Shown: positions 9,111 through 19,320, counted from the first letter of the stretch. The stretch is 64,000 nt of DNA from Pseudomonas aeruginosa PAO1 (GCF_000006765.1 NC_002516.2); one strand, 5' to 3'. Numbers and translations: made by a program. The notes: generated by a model not told the origin, from the letters alone.

Positions 9111-9226
9111 GCTTGCCTCCAGAGGCCGCCCTTGAGCGGCCCGTTCAGGTTGAGTCCTCCCACCTTAGTCCTTTTGCCGGGAGGCTGTCAGGGGGCGGAG
9201 GCGGGAGGCAAGGCGTGCGCGCGGGC

Positions 9227-9337
9227 TCAGGGCCGGGACTTCTCCGGCGGCCGCTGGCGGCGCCAGCAGGCGAACAGGTTCCAGGCCAGCAGCAGGCTGA
9301 CGAAAGCGGAACTGACGTAGAACAGCAGGTTGTCCAT
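9227..9337 (-). CDS. Putative 36-aa single-pass membrane small protein
   Basis: MDNLLFYVSSAFVSLLLAWNLFACWRRQRPPEKSRP*; strong SD GGAGG about 7 nt before the ATG; fills the gbcA-hdeD gap. Confidence 0.55.
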   Translation of the reverse strand: MDNLLFYVSSAFVSLLLAWNLFACWRRQRPPEKSRP

Positions 9338-9384
9338 GACCTTTCCTCCGCAGCGGCGCCCCGCCAGGGGGCGCCTCGTCCGGC

Positions 9385-10674
9385 TCAGCTGCCGGCCACC
9401 TTGCGCACGTGGGCGGACTCCTCGCCGAGGTTGTTCAGCATGCGCTCGCTGTACCAGTCGAGGAAATTGATCACGCCGAACTCGTAGGTCTTCGAGTATG
9501 GACCAGGCTGGTAGGCGTCGGAGTTGATCCCGCGCTGGTTCTCCTCGGCCAGCCGGCGATCCTGGTCGTTGGTCGCGTCCCATACCTCGCGCAGGCGCGC
9601 CACGTCGTAGTCGACGCCTTCCACCGCGTCCTTGTGCACCAGCCATTTGGTGGTGACCAGGGTTTCCTGGGCGCTGATCGGCCACACGGTGAAGACGATC
9701 AAGTGGTCGCCCATGCAGTGGTTCCAGGAGTGCGGCAGGTGCAGGATGCGCATCGAGCCGAGGTCGGGGTTCTTGATCCGGCCCATGAGCTTCTTGCTGC
9801 CCTGCTTGCCGTCCATGGTCATCGACACGGTGCCGTCCAGCAGCGGCATGCGCACGATGCGATTGCGCAGGCCGAAGCTGGCGTGGGCGTACGGGATCTT
9901 CTCGGCGTCCCAGGCGCTGGTGCAGGCCGCCACCTGGTCCTTGAACGCCTGGCTGGCGCGCGGGTCGGTGACGTCGTCCCACTCCAGCAGGGTCTTCAGC
10001 AGTTCCGGGTGGGAGCCGTTGCAGTGGTAGCACTCGCGGTTGTTCTCGATCACCAGCTTCCAGTTGGCGGCTTCGCGGATGGTGGTCTGCACCGCCACCT
10101 TGGCGTTCTCCATGTCGTACGGCTCCATGTAGTGCTCGAGCGTCGCCAGGAAGTCGTCGATGGCCGGCGGGTTCTCCGCCAGGCTGATGAAGATGTAGCC
10201 GCCGGCGGTCTTCACCTGGATCGGCTTCAGGCCGTACTCCTTCATGTCGAAGTCGGCGCCCATCTCGGTGCCGGCGAACAGCAGGCGGCCATCCAGCTCG
10301 TAGGTCCACTGGTGGTAGGGGCAGACCAGCTTGGCCACCTTGCCCTTCTCGCTCACGCACAGGCGCGAGCCGCGGTGCCGGCAGACATTGTGGAAGGCAT
10401 GCACCTGGCCTTCGGCGCCACGGATCACCAGGACCGGGTTCTTGCCGATCTGCAGGGTGAGGAAATTGCCCTTGGCGGGAATCTCGCAGGTCATGCCGGC
10501 GATCAGCCATTCCTTGTGGAAGATCTCCTGCATGTCGATCTCGAACAGGCGCTGGTCGCAGTAGAAGGGCTGCGGCAGCGAGAAGCTGTGGTCGCGGCTG
10601 CGCAGCATGTCGGCGGTGGCCTTGCGGGCCGGTTCCAGGGGATCGCCGAGACTCAGGGTGGAAGTGACGTCCAT
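9385..10674 (-). CDS. gbcA: Glycine betaine monooxygenase Rieske oxygenase subunit
   Basis: Rieske motifs CRHRG and CPYHQWTY, mononuclear Fe site ECYHC..H; divergent from a reductase gene. Confidence 0.95.
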   Translation of the reverse strand: MDVTSTLSLGDPLEPARKATADMLRSRDHSFSLPQPFYCDQRLFEIDMQEIFHKEWLIAGMTCEIPAKGNFLTLQIGKNPVLVIRGAEGQVHAFHNVCRHRGSRLCVSEKGKVAKLVCPYHQWTYELDGRLLFAGTEMGADFDMKEYGLKPIQVKTAGGYIFISLAENPPAIDDFLATLEHYMEPYDMENAKVAVQTTIREAANWKLVIENNRECYHCNGSHPELLKTLLEWDDVTDPRASQAFKDQVAACTSAWDAEKIPYAHASFGLRNRIVRMPLLDGTVSMTMDGKQGSKKLMGRIKNPDLGSMRILHLPHSWNHCMGDHLIVFTVWPISAQETLVTTKWLVHKDAVEGVDYDVARLREVWDATNDQDRRLAEENQRGINSDAYQPGPYSKTYEFGVINFLDWYSERMLNNLGEESAHVRKVAGS

Positions 10675-10936
10675 CGGTAACTCCTCATGCCGCCCCCGCG
10701 CGGGTGGCGGCGGAAAAAGTGGCTGATACGGTTGCTACGCAAGGTGGCGTTCACAGCCTTCCTCATCCCGGCGCGGCGTCCGGAATCCCGCCCTGCCGAT
10801 GGACGGGCCCCGCCGTGGCGGGAATGAAGGTCAGTCGCTCTACACGTCCGGGCTCTACCCTCCCGGGGTTCATGCAAACCCTCGTCTCGGCTGGTCTGGA
10901 GTGTGGGCCCGCGCCCGCCGCCGACCTTATCCATGG

Positions 10937-11013
10937 GCGACATGACCGCATCCGTTTCCGACGCTCCGGGCCGCGTCCCAGCAGGCAGGTCGCGATAAGC
11001 ATGTAAATGTCGC
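10937..11013. promoter_or_regulatory. Putative GbdR (AraC/GATR-type) operator region between gbcA and gbcB
   Basis: TGTCGC on each strand (10937-10942 minus, 11008-11013 plus); GTCGC repeated at a 20-bp period (10989, 11009). GbdR control of gbcAB is established; the exact site is inferred. Confidence 0.4.
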
Positions 11014-11098
11014 TGGCAGGTAAATGAGCGGCCACGGCGATGCGCACAATCCGCCCCATCAGGCCATCGTTCGGCCCCGTGCGCACGGAGAGATCATC

Positions 11099-12199
11099 AT
11101 GTCGAGCAACTTCCTCAATCCGGTCACCACCCAGACCTGGGCCAACGGCCGGCACCTCGTGCGCTGCGTCAAGGTCATCCAGGAAACCTGGGACGTGCGC
11201 ACCTTCTGCTTCATGGCCGACCAGCCGATCCTGTTCTTCTTCAAGCCGGGCCAGTTCGTCACCCTGGAGCTGGAGATCGACGGCGAGCCGGTGATGCGCT
11301 CCTACACCATCTCCAGCTCGCCCTCGGTGCCCTACAGCTTCTCCATCACCATCAAGCGGGTGCCGGGCGGGCGGGTTTCCAACTGGCTGCACGACAACCT
11401 CAAGGAAGGCCAGGAGCTACCGGTGCACGGTCCGGTCGGCCTGTTCAACGCCATCGACTTCCCGGCCGACAAGGTGCTGTTCCTCTCCGGCGGGGTCGGC
11501 ATCACCCCGGTAATGTCCATGGCGCGCTGGTTCTTCGACACCAACGCCAACGTCGACATGGTCTTCGTCCACAGCGCCCGTTCGCCGAAGGACATCATCT
11601 ACCACCGCGAGCTGGAGCACATGGCCTCGCGGATCGACAACTTCAGCCTGCACATCATCTGCGAGCGCCACGGCCTCGGCGAAGCCTGGGCCGGCTACCG
11701 TGGCTACCTGAACCTGCGCATGCTGGAACTGATCGCCCCGGACTTCCTCGAGCGGGAAATCTTCTGCTGCGGCCCGACGCCCTATATGAGCGCGGTGAAG
11801 CACCTGCTGCAGGGCCACGGCTACGACATGAGCCGCTACCACGAGGAAGCCTTCGGGCCGACTCCGCCGGAGGTCCGCGCCGACGTCAGGGAACTGGCCG
11901 CGGAAGCCGCCGAGGCGCCGGAGGTACCGGTCGCCGACCAGCACCAGGTGGAATTCACCGCCACCGGCAAGAGCATCCGCGTCAGCCCCGGGGAAACCGT
12001 GCACGCCGCCGCCGCCAAGCTCGGCCTGCACATTCCGAAGGCCTGCGGGATGGGCATCTGCGGCACCTGCAAGGTAATGAAGACCGCCGGCGAGGTGGAG
12101 ATGGAGCACAACGGCGGGATCACCGACGAGGATGTCGCCGAAGGCTACATCCTCTCCTGCTGCAGCGTGCCCAAGGGCGACGTGGTCATCGACTACTGA
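11099..12199 (+). CDS. gbcB: Glycine betaine monooxygenase reductase (FAD/NAD-binding + 2Fe-2S ferredoxin)
   Basis: RSYTISS, SGGVGITP, CGP and C-terminal CGMGICGTC..C motifs; start set at ATG 11099 after SD GGAGAG. Confidence 0.93.
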   Translation: MSSNFLNPVTTQTWANGRHLVRCVKVIQETWDVRTFCFMADQPILFFFKPGQFVTLELEIDGEPVMRSYTISSSPSVPYSFSITIKRVPGGRVSNWLHDNLKEGQELPVHGPVGLFNAIDFPADKVLFLSGGVGITPVMSMARWFFDTNANVDMVFVHSARSPKDIIYHRELEHMASRIDNFSLHIICERHGLGEAWAGYRGYLNLRMLELIAPDFLEREIFCCGPTPYMSAVKHLLQGHGYDMSRYHEEAFGPTPPEVRADVRELAAEAAEAPEVPVADQHQVEFTATGKSIRVSPGETVHAAAAKLGLHIPKACGMGICGTCKVMKTAGEVEMEHNGGITDEDVAEGYILSCCSVPKGDVVIDY

Positions 12200-14634
12200 G
12201 GGCGCGAGGGAAACGCCAGGCGCTCCCAGTAGCGCCGCCGCGGCAGTTCCTCGGCCGGCAGCCAGCGTCCGGCGCAGGCCTGCAGCGGCTCGGCGGGAGC
12301 CTTCAGCAGCGAGTCCAGGGCCAGCACGTAGCGCCCCGTCCCCGCGCAGCGGAAGCACAGGTCGTCGTCGAAGCTGTCGAAGCACGGGTACTCGCCGAGG
12401 TCGTCGCGGTAGCGACGCAACGTCCGCTCTTGCACGTCGAGCAGCAGCAGGCGCCACTGGTCCCGCTCCAGCTCGCTTTCCTCGTAGCGCTGGACGTGCC
12501 GGGTCAGCGCCAGGTAGCGACCGTCCGCCGACCAGATCATTGGCGCCGCCAGGTTGCCCAAGCCGATGCCCGACGCGGTCAGCAGGTAGCCGTCGCGGCT
12601 GAACCCGGCGCGCACGTCCTCGTCGCGGTGCATGCCCTCGTAGTGGAAACCGAAGCCCCAGGCGGCGTCCTTCGCGCCCACTGACGGCAAGACGAAGTCG
12701 CCGTCGCTCCAGGGCCGCGGCGGTGCGTCCAGCCAGCGCGACGCGGGGCACAGCCGCCAGGCCGTGCCATCGAACGCCACCCGCGCCTGCTCGTAGTAAT
12801 GCCGCCAGTCGTCGTGGAAGCGGCCGAATGCGTGCCAGGCGCCGGGCTCGGGCAAGCCTTCGTCGAAGCGGCGCAACAAGCCGGGGTCGCCTTCGCCCGG
12901 CCCGCCCGGCGGCTGGTAGGCGTTGCGGCCGAGCAGGTGGAGCAAATGCACCTGGCCATCGATGAAACCTTGCAGGTGTAGATCGGCCAGCGGCTCGGCG
13001 AGCCACTCCAGGCGCCGCTCCCGGCTATCGAGTATGGCCAGGCGCTGCGGCAGGGTCGGCGCCTCGGCGAAGGCCACCACGGCCAGGTAGCGACCGCAAT
13101 CGGACACGCGGTGGTCGAGCGTCCACTCGCCATCCAGGCGCCAGTCGCCCAGGCGCAAGGCATAGGCGCCGCGCTCCGCCTCCTGATCGTCGCGCAACCA
13201 CTCCCAGACGGCCCGGCTGCCATCGGCCAGCGGTGCGCTCTGCAACAGGCATCCCGGCCTGCCGGCCGCGCCATCCAGGGGCAGCAACAGGTCCAGGCGC
13301 GGCATGTCGGCCTCGCGCCAGCGCGGCCGGTCGTCCGCATCGCGAGCGTGCAGAAGGTAGAGGCTGGAATGGCTGTACGAACCCAGCGTGCCGTAGCGTT
13401 CGTAGGTCAGGCAGGGTTGCGCCAGGTCCAGGCCGAAACGCAGCCAGCCATCCTCCAGCCCGAGCAGTTCGGGTCCACCGGCATGGGGCTCGGCGGGCAA
13501 CGCCGACCACGGCGCGCCCAGCGCACGCAGGCCGCCGTCCTCTCGCCAAAGCCAGTAGGTATCCTGCCCCAGGGGCTCGCCTGCTGCCTGCAGCGCCAGC
13601 GCCCGGCCGTCATCGTTCCAAGCCAATGGCGGCGCTTCACGGGACAGGTAGAGGCCGCTGGCCTCGCCGTTTATCCACAGCTCGCCGCGGTTGGCGCGCA
13701 GCGGCGCGAAAGGATCGTCCAGGGCCAGCAGGCTGTCCGGCAGCCAGGGGCGGATTTCCAGCGCGGGCCCGCCAAGCGGGGACGGTAGCGGTTGCGCGCG
13801 CAGATCCCCGCTCCAGCGCTGCCATTCGCTTTCGGGCAGCCAGAGGTCACCGATGGCAACGAAGGCCTCGGCCTCGCTGCCGGCCTTGAGCGCCTGCAGC
13901 TCGAGGCGCTGCGGTGCGTTGGACGTCAGCGGGCTGTGCCGGCCGATCACCTCGCGCTCGGTGACGCTGTCCAGCTCCCAGAAGTTGTCCACGGCACAGC
14001 GGTAAAGCAACCGCTCCTGCCGGTCGAAGATCGCCAGGCCCCACGCGCCTCGGCTCGGTATCGGCGAAACGAAGTGGCGGCCATCGCTGGAAAAGCGTGC
14101 CGAAGGATTGCAGTCGGGGATGAAACAGCCGTCGGGCATCAGGTAGTGGCATACCAGCGGGCCGCCCATGGCGATCTCGCCGCCGTCGAACAGGCGGATC
14201 GGCTCGCCCTCGGGGGTTCGCTCGGGCGCTTCGCCGCCCCAGGCGCTACCTCCCGCCGGCAGCGGTACGTCCAGCGCCTGCGGAGCCTGGCGCTCCAGGC
14301 GCAGGCCACGCTCGAAACGGATCTGCAGCAGCACGCCGCCGATCACCGCCAGCAAGCCACCGCCCAGTCCCAGCCAGAAGCCCGGCAGTGCCTGGCCCAG
14401 GGCGATGCCGCCACCCAGAACCCAGAAGAACAGCGCCTGTTGCAGGCGATACGGCACCTTGCCGCGCCAACGATCCATGGCCCACTCGGCGCCCAGCAGC
14501 AGCGCCCAACCCAGCGCTACCAGCGGCAACGGCAGGAGGACGCCAAGGGCCACCAGCACGGCGATCCAGGCGATCTCGCCGAGGCCTTCGAGCAACAAGC
14601 GGCCGAGCGGCTTGTCTGACATCCGATCATCCAT
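12193..14634 (-). CDS. Large hypothetical membrane-anchored protein (PA5412-like); start uncertain (14622/14634/14706)
   Basis: Long ORF; N-terminal TM helices then repeated 'S.(D/C)GR(H/Y)' beta-propeller-like motifs. Confidence 0.75.
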   Translation of the reverse strand: MDDRMSDKPLGRLLLEGLGEIAWIAVLVALGVLLPLPLVALGWALLLGAEWAMDRWRGKVPYRLQQALFFWVLGGGIALGQALPGFWLGLGGGLLAVIGGVLLQIRFERGLRLERQAPQALDVPLPAGGSAWGGEAPERTPEGEPIRLFDGGEIAMGGPLVCHYLMPDGCFIPDCNPSARFSSDGRHFVSPIPSRGAWGLAIFDRQERLLYRCAVDNFWELDSVTEREVIGRHSPLTSNAPQRLELQALKAGSEAEAFVAIGDLWLPESEWQRWSGDLRAQPLPSPLGGPALEIRPWLPDSLLALDDPFAPLRANRGELWINGEASGLYLSREAPPLAWNDDGRALALQAAGEPLGQDTYWLWREDGGLRALGAPWSALPAEPHAGGPELLGLEDGWLRFGLDLAQPCLTYERYGTLGSYSHSSLYLLHARDADDRPRWREADMPRLDLLLPLDGAAGRPGCLLQSAPLADGSRAVWEWLRDDQEAERGAYALRLGDWRLDGEWTLDHRVSDCGRYLAVVAFAEAPTLPQRLAILDSRERRLEWLAEPLADLHLQGFIDGQVHLLHLLGRNAYQPPGGPGEGDPGLLRRFDEGLPEPGAWHAFGRFHDDWRHYYEQARVAFDGTAWRLCPASRWLDAPPRPWSDGDFVLPSVGAKDAAWGFGFHYEGMHRDEDVRAGFSRDGYLLTASGIGLGNLAAPMIWSADGRYLALTRHVQRYEESELERDQWRLLLLDVQERTLRRYRDDLGEYPCFDSFDDDLCFRCAGTGRYVLALDSLLKAPAEPLQACAGRWLPAEELPRRRYWERLAFPSRPQ

Positions 14635-14753
14635 GATCCATGATCCATCCCACTTTCCTGGCAAAAGCCAAGGGTAATCAAGGCTCCGGCCAACCACCAG
14701 AGCCATCGCGCAGCTCTGTCCTTCTCATACTTGAAAACACCAGGGCGCCAAGG

Positions 14754-15993
14754 TTGTCCACATTCGGACTGGAATTCCATACAGGTGTCTTCTCGCCACC
14801 TTGGCGTTCTCGACGATCGATTGTAAGCATTTGAAGTTAAAGGTAAAAACGACAACTTCAAGTTGGTTTCAGGCTCCAGGAACAAAGCCCTTGCCGATCT
14901 CTGGAGAGGCCTTTCGAGGGTAGGTTGATCACAGACTTATCCACAGACCGTGTGGTCCATGAGACCCCCTGATACCCCGCGGGTTAACGATCGCTATACC
15001 GACGATGTCCACTCGCCCTGGCGCATGGGCTCCGCCAGCACATCCGGCTACCCCTCCGGGTAAATCGCGCTTCTCCTCCGCTCGCGCTAGGCGCAGTCTC
15101 CTGCTCATTTAACGATCAATCCGCCAGAGACCCCGCCGTCCGGCCGCCCCAAGCGTGAGCGAACAATTTTTCCACAGGGCTTTACACTCCCCTTGGGGAA
15201 AACCAGAAAAATATTCACAGGATGAAGAAAAAACCTGGCCTATTCTGGCTCTTCATCCCTTCCCGCCCGGCCTGACCATTTATTGACCAACTCCATGCAG
15301 GCCTTACCTTATAAGGCTTACAGAACTATCCATACAGGTTGTCCACAAGGCTTTCCAGGCCTTTTGTGAGCAACCCTGCGTTTGTGCACATGCCCCCTAA
15401 AGCAAGCCGGCAGCCTGTTGACAGAAAATCCGCTCAATTCTTGACCAATAGCCTGGAAGGCGCGGGCCCTCTGGCTCCCAGCATTCTATAAACAGGCTCT
15501 GCACACTGACCTCAACAGGAATTGGGGGAAATTCCCGGCGGCGGCCGCAACCGCTGTTCCAGCGCCATCGGAGCGGGAGAATTTTGTCTTTTTCCTCAAG
15601 CCGTTACGTCCGCGCAGGGGGTTTGCGGCATTTGCCCCCACTTCGCTCCTTGCTTTTCTATCCACAGGCCTGTCTGGGTCCCGCAGGGACAATGCCCGTC
15701 ACCGTTTCGTCAGCGCTTTTCACCTGAACCTTCATCGTCCTTTCACAAACGGCTGTTTTCGCTCAAAAACCGACCAACCTCCGAAGAGCCCGGCAGGGCG
15801 CCGCGCGGAAGCGACTGCGAACACGTTATTCACATTCGACTCCACAGTGTTTGTGGATTGGCCAGGTTCTCCTGGCATGGGAGTGGAACCGCGTGGATAA
15901 AGGCTTTCAACACCCCCGGCGGAGATAGGGAGGGTGTTGCCGGGGGCACTTTTGCATAGCTCCCGAACAGTTAGCCCACAGAGTTATCCACAG
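14754..15993. promoter_or_regulatory. DnaA-box cluster
   Basis: 10 matches to TTWTNCACA with <=1 mismatch: 14754, 14937, 15168, 15211, 15339, 15382, 15658, 15826, 15892 (minus), 15984; no credible ORF in the region. Confidence 0.7.
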
Positions 15994-16045
15994 GAGATGA
16001 GGAAAGAGCGGCCGCCCCGGTTCATAGAGGCGGCCGAGAGCGGAC

Positions 16046-17086
16046 TCAGGCGCCCATCACCAGGCGGATGTCCCGCGCCAGTTCGCGGACCCGCTCGATA
16101 TCGGTATCCCAGGAACACATGAAACGCGCGCCACCTTCACCGATGAAGGTGTAGAAGCGCCAGCCGCGCGCGCGCAAGGCTTCGATCGCCGGCTCGGAAA
16201 GCTGCAGGAACACGCCGTTGGCTTCTACCGGGAACATCAGGCTGACGCCGGGAACGTCGGCCACCAGTTCGGCCAACAGCCGCGCGCAGCGGTTGGCGTG
16301 ATCGGCGTAGCGCAGCCAAGCATCGTCCTGCAGTACGCCGACCCAGGGCGCGGCGAGGAAGCGCATCTTCGAGGCCAGTTGGCCGGCCTGCTTGCAGCGG
16401 TAGTCGAAGTCCTCGGCCAGGTCGCGGTTGAAGAACAGGATCGCCTCGCCCACCGCCATGCCGTTCTTGGTGCCGCCGAAGCAGAGCACGTCGACCCCGG
16501 CCTTCCAGCTCAGCTCCGCCGGCGAGCAGCCGAGGAAGGCGCAGGCGTTGGAGAAGCGCGCGCCGTCCATGTGCAGGTGCAGGCCGAGCTCCTTGCAGGT
16601 GGCGCTGATCGCCTTCAGCTCGTCCGGGCGGTACACCGTGCCGACCTCGGTGGCCTGGGTGAGAGTCACCACGCGCGGCTTCGGATAGTGGATATCCTGG
16701 CGCTTGAGAGCGATGTCGCGGATCGACGCCGGGGTCAGCTTGCCGACCTCGGTCTGCGCCAGCAGCAGCTTGGAGCCATTGGAGAAGAACTCCGGCGCGC
16801 CGCACTCGTCGGTCTCGACGTGGGCGGTCTCCGAGCAGATCACGCTGTGGTAGCTCTGGCACAGCGCAGCCAGGGCCAGGGAGTTGGCGGCGGTGCCGTT
16901 GAAGGCGAAGAACACTTCGCAATCGGTCTCGAACAACTGGCGGAAGTAGTCCGAAGCACGCGCGGTCCACTGGTCGTCGCCATAGGCGCGTTCGTGGCCG
17001 CGGTTGGCTTCGGCCATCGCCGCCCAGGCTTCGGGGCAGATGCCGGAATAGTTGTCGCTGGCGAACTGTTGGGTGTGATCGGTCAT
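16046..17086 (-). CDS. ltaA: Low-specificity L-threonine aldolase
   Basis: FASDNYSG, GGTKNG (PLP Lys), HMDGARF motifs; start set at MTDHTQQ (346 aa). Confidence 0.95.
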   Translation of the reverse strand: MTDHTQQFASDNYSGICPEAWAAMAEANRGHERAYGDDQWTARASDYFRQLFETDCEVFFAFNGTAANSLALAALCQSYHSVICSETAHVETDECGAPEFFSNGSKLLLAQTEVGKLTPASIRDIALKRQDIHYPKPRVVTLTQATEVGTVYRPDELKAISATCKELGLHLHMDGARFSNACAFLGCSPAELSWKAGVDVLCFGGTKNGMAVGEAILFFNRDLAEDFDYRCKQAGQLASKMRFLAAPWVGVLQDDAWLRYADHANRCARLLAELVADVPGVSLMFPVEANGVFLQLSEPAIEALRARGWRFYTFIGEGGARFMCSWDTDIERVRELARDIRLVMGA

Positions 17087-17166
17087 GTGGGCCTCTGGAA
17101 CGGTTGCCGAGCCCTTGTGGGGCTCCATGCGGTCGTGCCGGCACGGGTACGTGCCGGCACAGTCTG

Positions 17167-17808
17167 TCAGGGTAGCTTGGTCAGCTTCATCTGCTCGACG
17201 AACGGCACCAGCACCTGGCGCATCGCCGTGGCGCTGCCGCCATTGGGCGTGTCGCGGGTGCTGAGGGTCAGTACGTAGCGGTTCTTGATCACTCCGCTGA
17301 GGGTCGAGACGCCCTCCTCGCCCTTGGCCGGGACCATCACTCCCAGCGGGTCGCCCATCCGCGTGGTATCGATCAGCGGCAGGTAGTCCTCGCCGCCGAA
17401 GCGCTCGGCGGTGCCGTTCTTCAGGGCGGTCTCGCGGGTCTTGTGGAGCAGGGTCAGGTTGGTCTGGGTCATCTCGCGCAGCTTGTCCTGCGCCGCCCGA
17501 TAGGCCACCGCGTCGCCCTCGGTCGGCGGCGCCGGCAGGCCGGTGTCGGTGAGGACGATCTCCAGGCGCTTGCTGCCGTCGGCAGCGCCGAAGACCACGG
17601 TGGCGTCGTTGTAGCCGCACTGGCGGGAGAGGAAGTCGTAGCCGAACAGTGGCTTGCCGGCCGGCGGCAAGGCCACTTCGAGTTCATGGCCGGTGCAGGA
17701 ATCGGCCGGCAGCGCAGGCGCGGCGGCCTGCTTTTCATCGCCGCCCCCGCACCCTTGCAGGGATGCGCCGAGCAGCACGGCGGAAAGGAAGATCAGCGGG
17801 CGTTTCAT
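17167..17808 (-). CDS. Lipoprotein of unknown function
   Basis: Signal peptide [20 protein letters not shown] (lipobox). Confidence 0.8.
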   Translation of the reverse strand: MKRPLIFLSAVLLGASLQGCGGGDEKQAAAPALPADSCTGHELEVALPPAGKPLFGYDFLSRQCGYNDATVVFGAADGSKRLEIVLTDTGLPAPPTEGDAVAYRAAQDKLREMTQTNLTLLHKTRETALKNGTAERFGGEDYLPLIDTTRMGDPLGVMVPAKGEEGVSTLSGVIKNRYVLTLSTRDTPNGGSATAMRQVLVPFVEQMKLTKLP

Positions 17809-18023
17809 GGTGTTCTCGCAGGACGAAGAGCACGCAGTTTAGCGCCAGCCCGGGGCGTTCCGCATCGGTTGCCGATTCCCACCGCCATGTCGCAAACGCA
17901 CCTCCCCGTGGCGTGCATAGGCATCTGGGCCGGCAGGGCCGGTCATACCATCGCTGGCAAAGGGACCGCGTGTCCCGTTGCAGCCATTCCGGCGCGGTTC
18001 CGGCGCCGCAGGGAGACCCAGCG

Positions 18024-19277
18024 ATGTTCAGCAAGCATGACCAGATCCGCGGCTACGACGACGAACTGCTCGCCGCGATGGACGCCGAAGAGGCCCGCCA
18101 GGAAGACCATCTCGAACTGATCGCCTCGGAGAACTACACCAGCAAGCGGGTCATGCAGGCGCAGGGCAGCGGCCTGACCAACAAGTATGCCGAGGGCTAT
18201 CCGGGCAAGCGCTACTACGGCGGCTGCGAACACGTCGACAAGGTCGAGCGGCTGGCCATCGACCGCGCCAGGCAACTGTTCGGCGCCGACTACGCCAACG
18301 TCCAGCCGCACTCCGGTTCCTCGGCCAACGCTGCGGTGTACCTGGCGCTGCTCAACGCCGGCGACACCATCCTCGGCATGAGCCTGGCCCACGGCGGCCA
18401 TCTCACCCACGGCGCCAAGGTGTCCTCCTCCGGCAAGCTTTACAACGCCGTGCAGTACGGCCTGGACACCGCTACCGGGCTGATCGACTACGACGAAGTC
18501 GAGCGCCTGGCCGTGGAGCATAAGCCGAAGATGATCGTCGCCGGCTTCTCCGCCTACTCCAAGACCCTCGACTTCCCGCGCTTCCGCGCCATCGCCGACA
18601 AGGTCGGCGCGCTGCTGTTCGTCGACATGGCCCACGTCGCCGGGCTGGTCGCCGCCGGCCTCTACCCGAACCCGATCCCCTTCGCCGACGTGGTCACCAC
18701 CACCACCCACAAGACCCTGCGCGGCCCGCGCGGCGGCCTGATCCTGGCGCGCGCCAACGAGGAGATCGAGAAGAAGCTCAACTCCGCGGTATTTCCCGGC
18801 GCCCAGGGCGGCCCGCTGATGCACGTGATCGCGGCCAAGGCGGTGTGCTTCAAGGAAGCGCTGGAGCCGGGCTTCAAGGACTACCAGGCGCAGGTGATCC
18901 GCAACGCCAAGGCGATGGCCGAGGTGTTCATCGGGCGCGGCTACGACGTGGTTTCCGGTGGCACCGACAACCACCTGATGCTGATCAGCCTGGTGCGCCA
19001 GGGCCTGACCGGCAAGGAAGCCGACGCCGCCCTCGGCCGGGTCGGCATCACGGTGAACAAGAACGCCGTGCCGAACGATCCGCAGAGCCCGTTCGTCACC
19101 TCCGGCATCCGCATCGGCACCCCGGCCATCACCACCCGCGGGCTGCAGGAAGCGCAGAGCCGCGAACTGGCCGGCTGGATCTGCGACATCCTCGACCACC
19201 TCGGCGATGCCGACGTGGAGGCCAAGGTCGCCACCCAGGTCGCCGGTCTCTGCGCGGACTTCCCGGTCTATCGCTGA
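18024..19277 (+). CDS. glyA1: Serine hydroxymethyltransferase
   Basis: [35 protein letters not shown]; SD GGAGA; 417 aa. Confidence 0.97.
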   Translation: MFSKHDQIRGYDDELLAAMDAEEARQEDHLELIASENYTSKRVMQAQGSGLTNKYAEGYPGKRYYGGCEHVDKVERLAIDRARQLFGADYANVQPHSGSSANAAVYLALLNAGDTILGMSLAHGGHLTHGAKVSSSGKLYNAVQYGLDTATGLIDYDEVERLAVEHKPKMIVAGFSAYSKTLDFPRFRAIADKVGALLFVDMAHVAGLVAAGLYPNPIPFADVVTTTTHKTLRGPRGGLILARANEEIEKKLNSAVFPGAQGGPLMHVIAAKAVCFKEALEPGFKDYQAQVIRNAKAMAEVFIGRGYDVVSGGTDNHLMLISLVRQGLTGKEADAALGRVGITVNKNAVPNDPQSPFVTSGIRIGTPAITTRGLQEAQSRELAGWICDILDHLGDADVEAKVATQVAGLCADFPVYR

Positions 19278-19320
19278 GCCCCCCGAAGACGGTCGGGGAG
19301 CCCGACGCGCCCCGGCCCAA

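Noticed and set aside
14625-14650. TCCATGA short tandem repeat as a phase-variation site
   Set aside because: Only about two copies; too short to support slippage
14700-16045. Canonical oriC
   Set aside because: No dnaA/dnaN/rpmH/gidA context and no clear 13-mer or DnaA-trio array; kept only as a non-origin DnaA cluster hypothesis
15486-16122. Short ORFs in the DnaA-box region (15486-15692, 15522-15959, 15934-16122)
   Set aside because: Atypical codon usage, no convincing SD, no protein-like motifs
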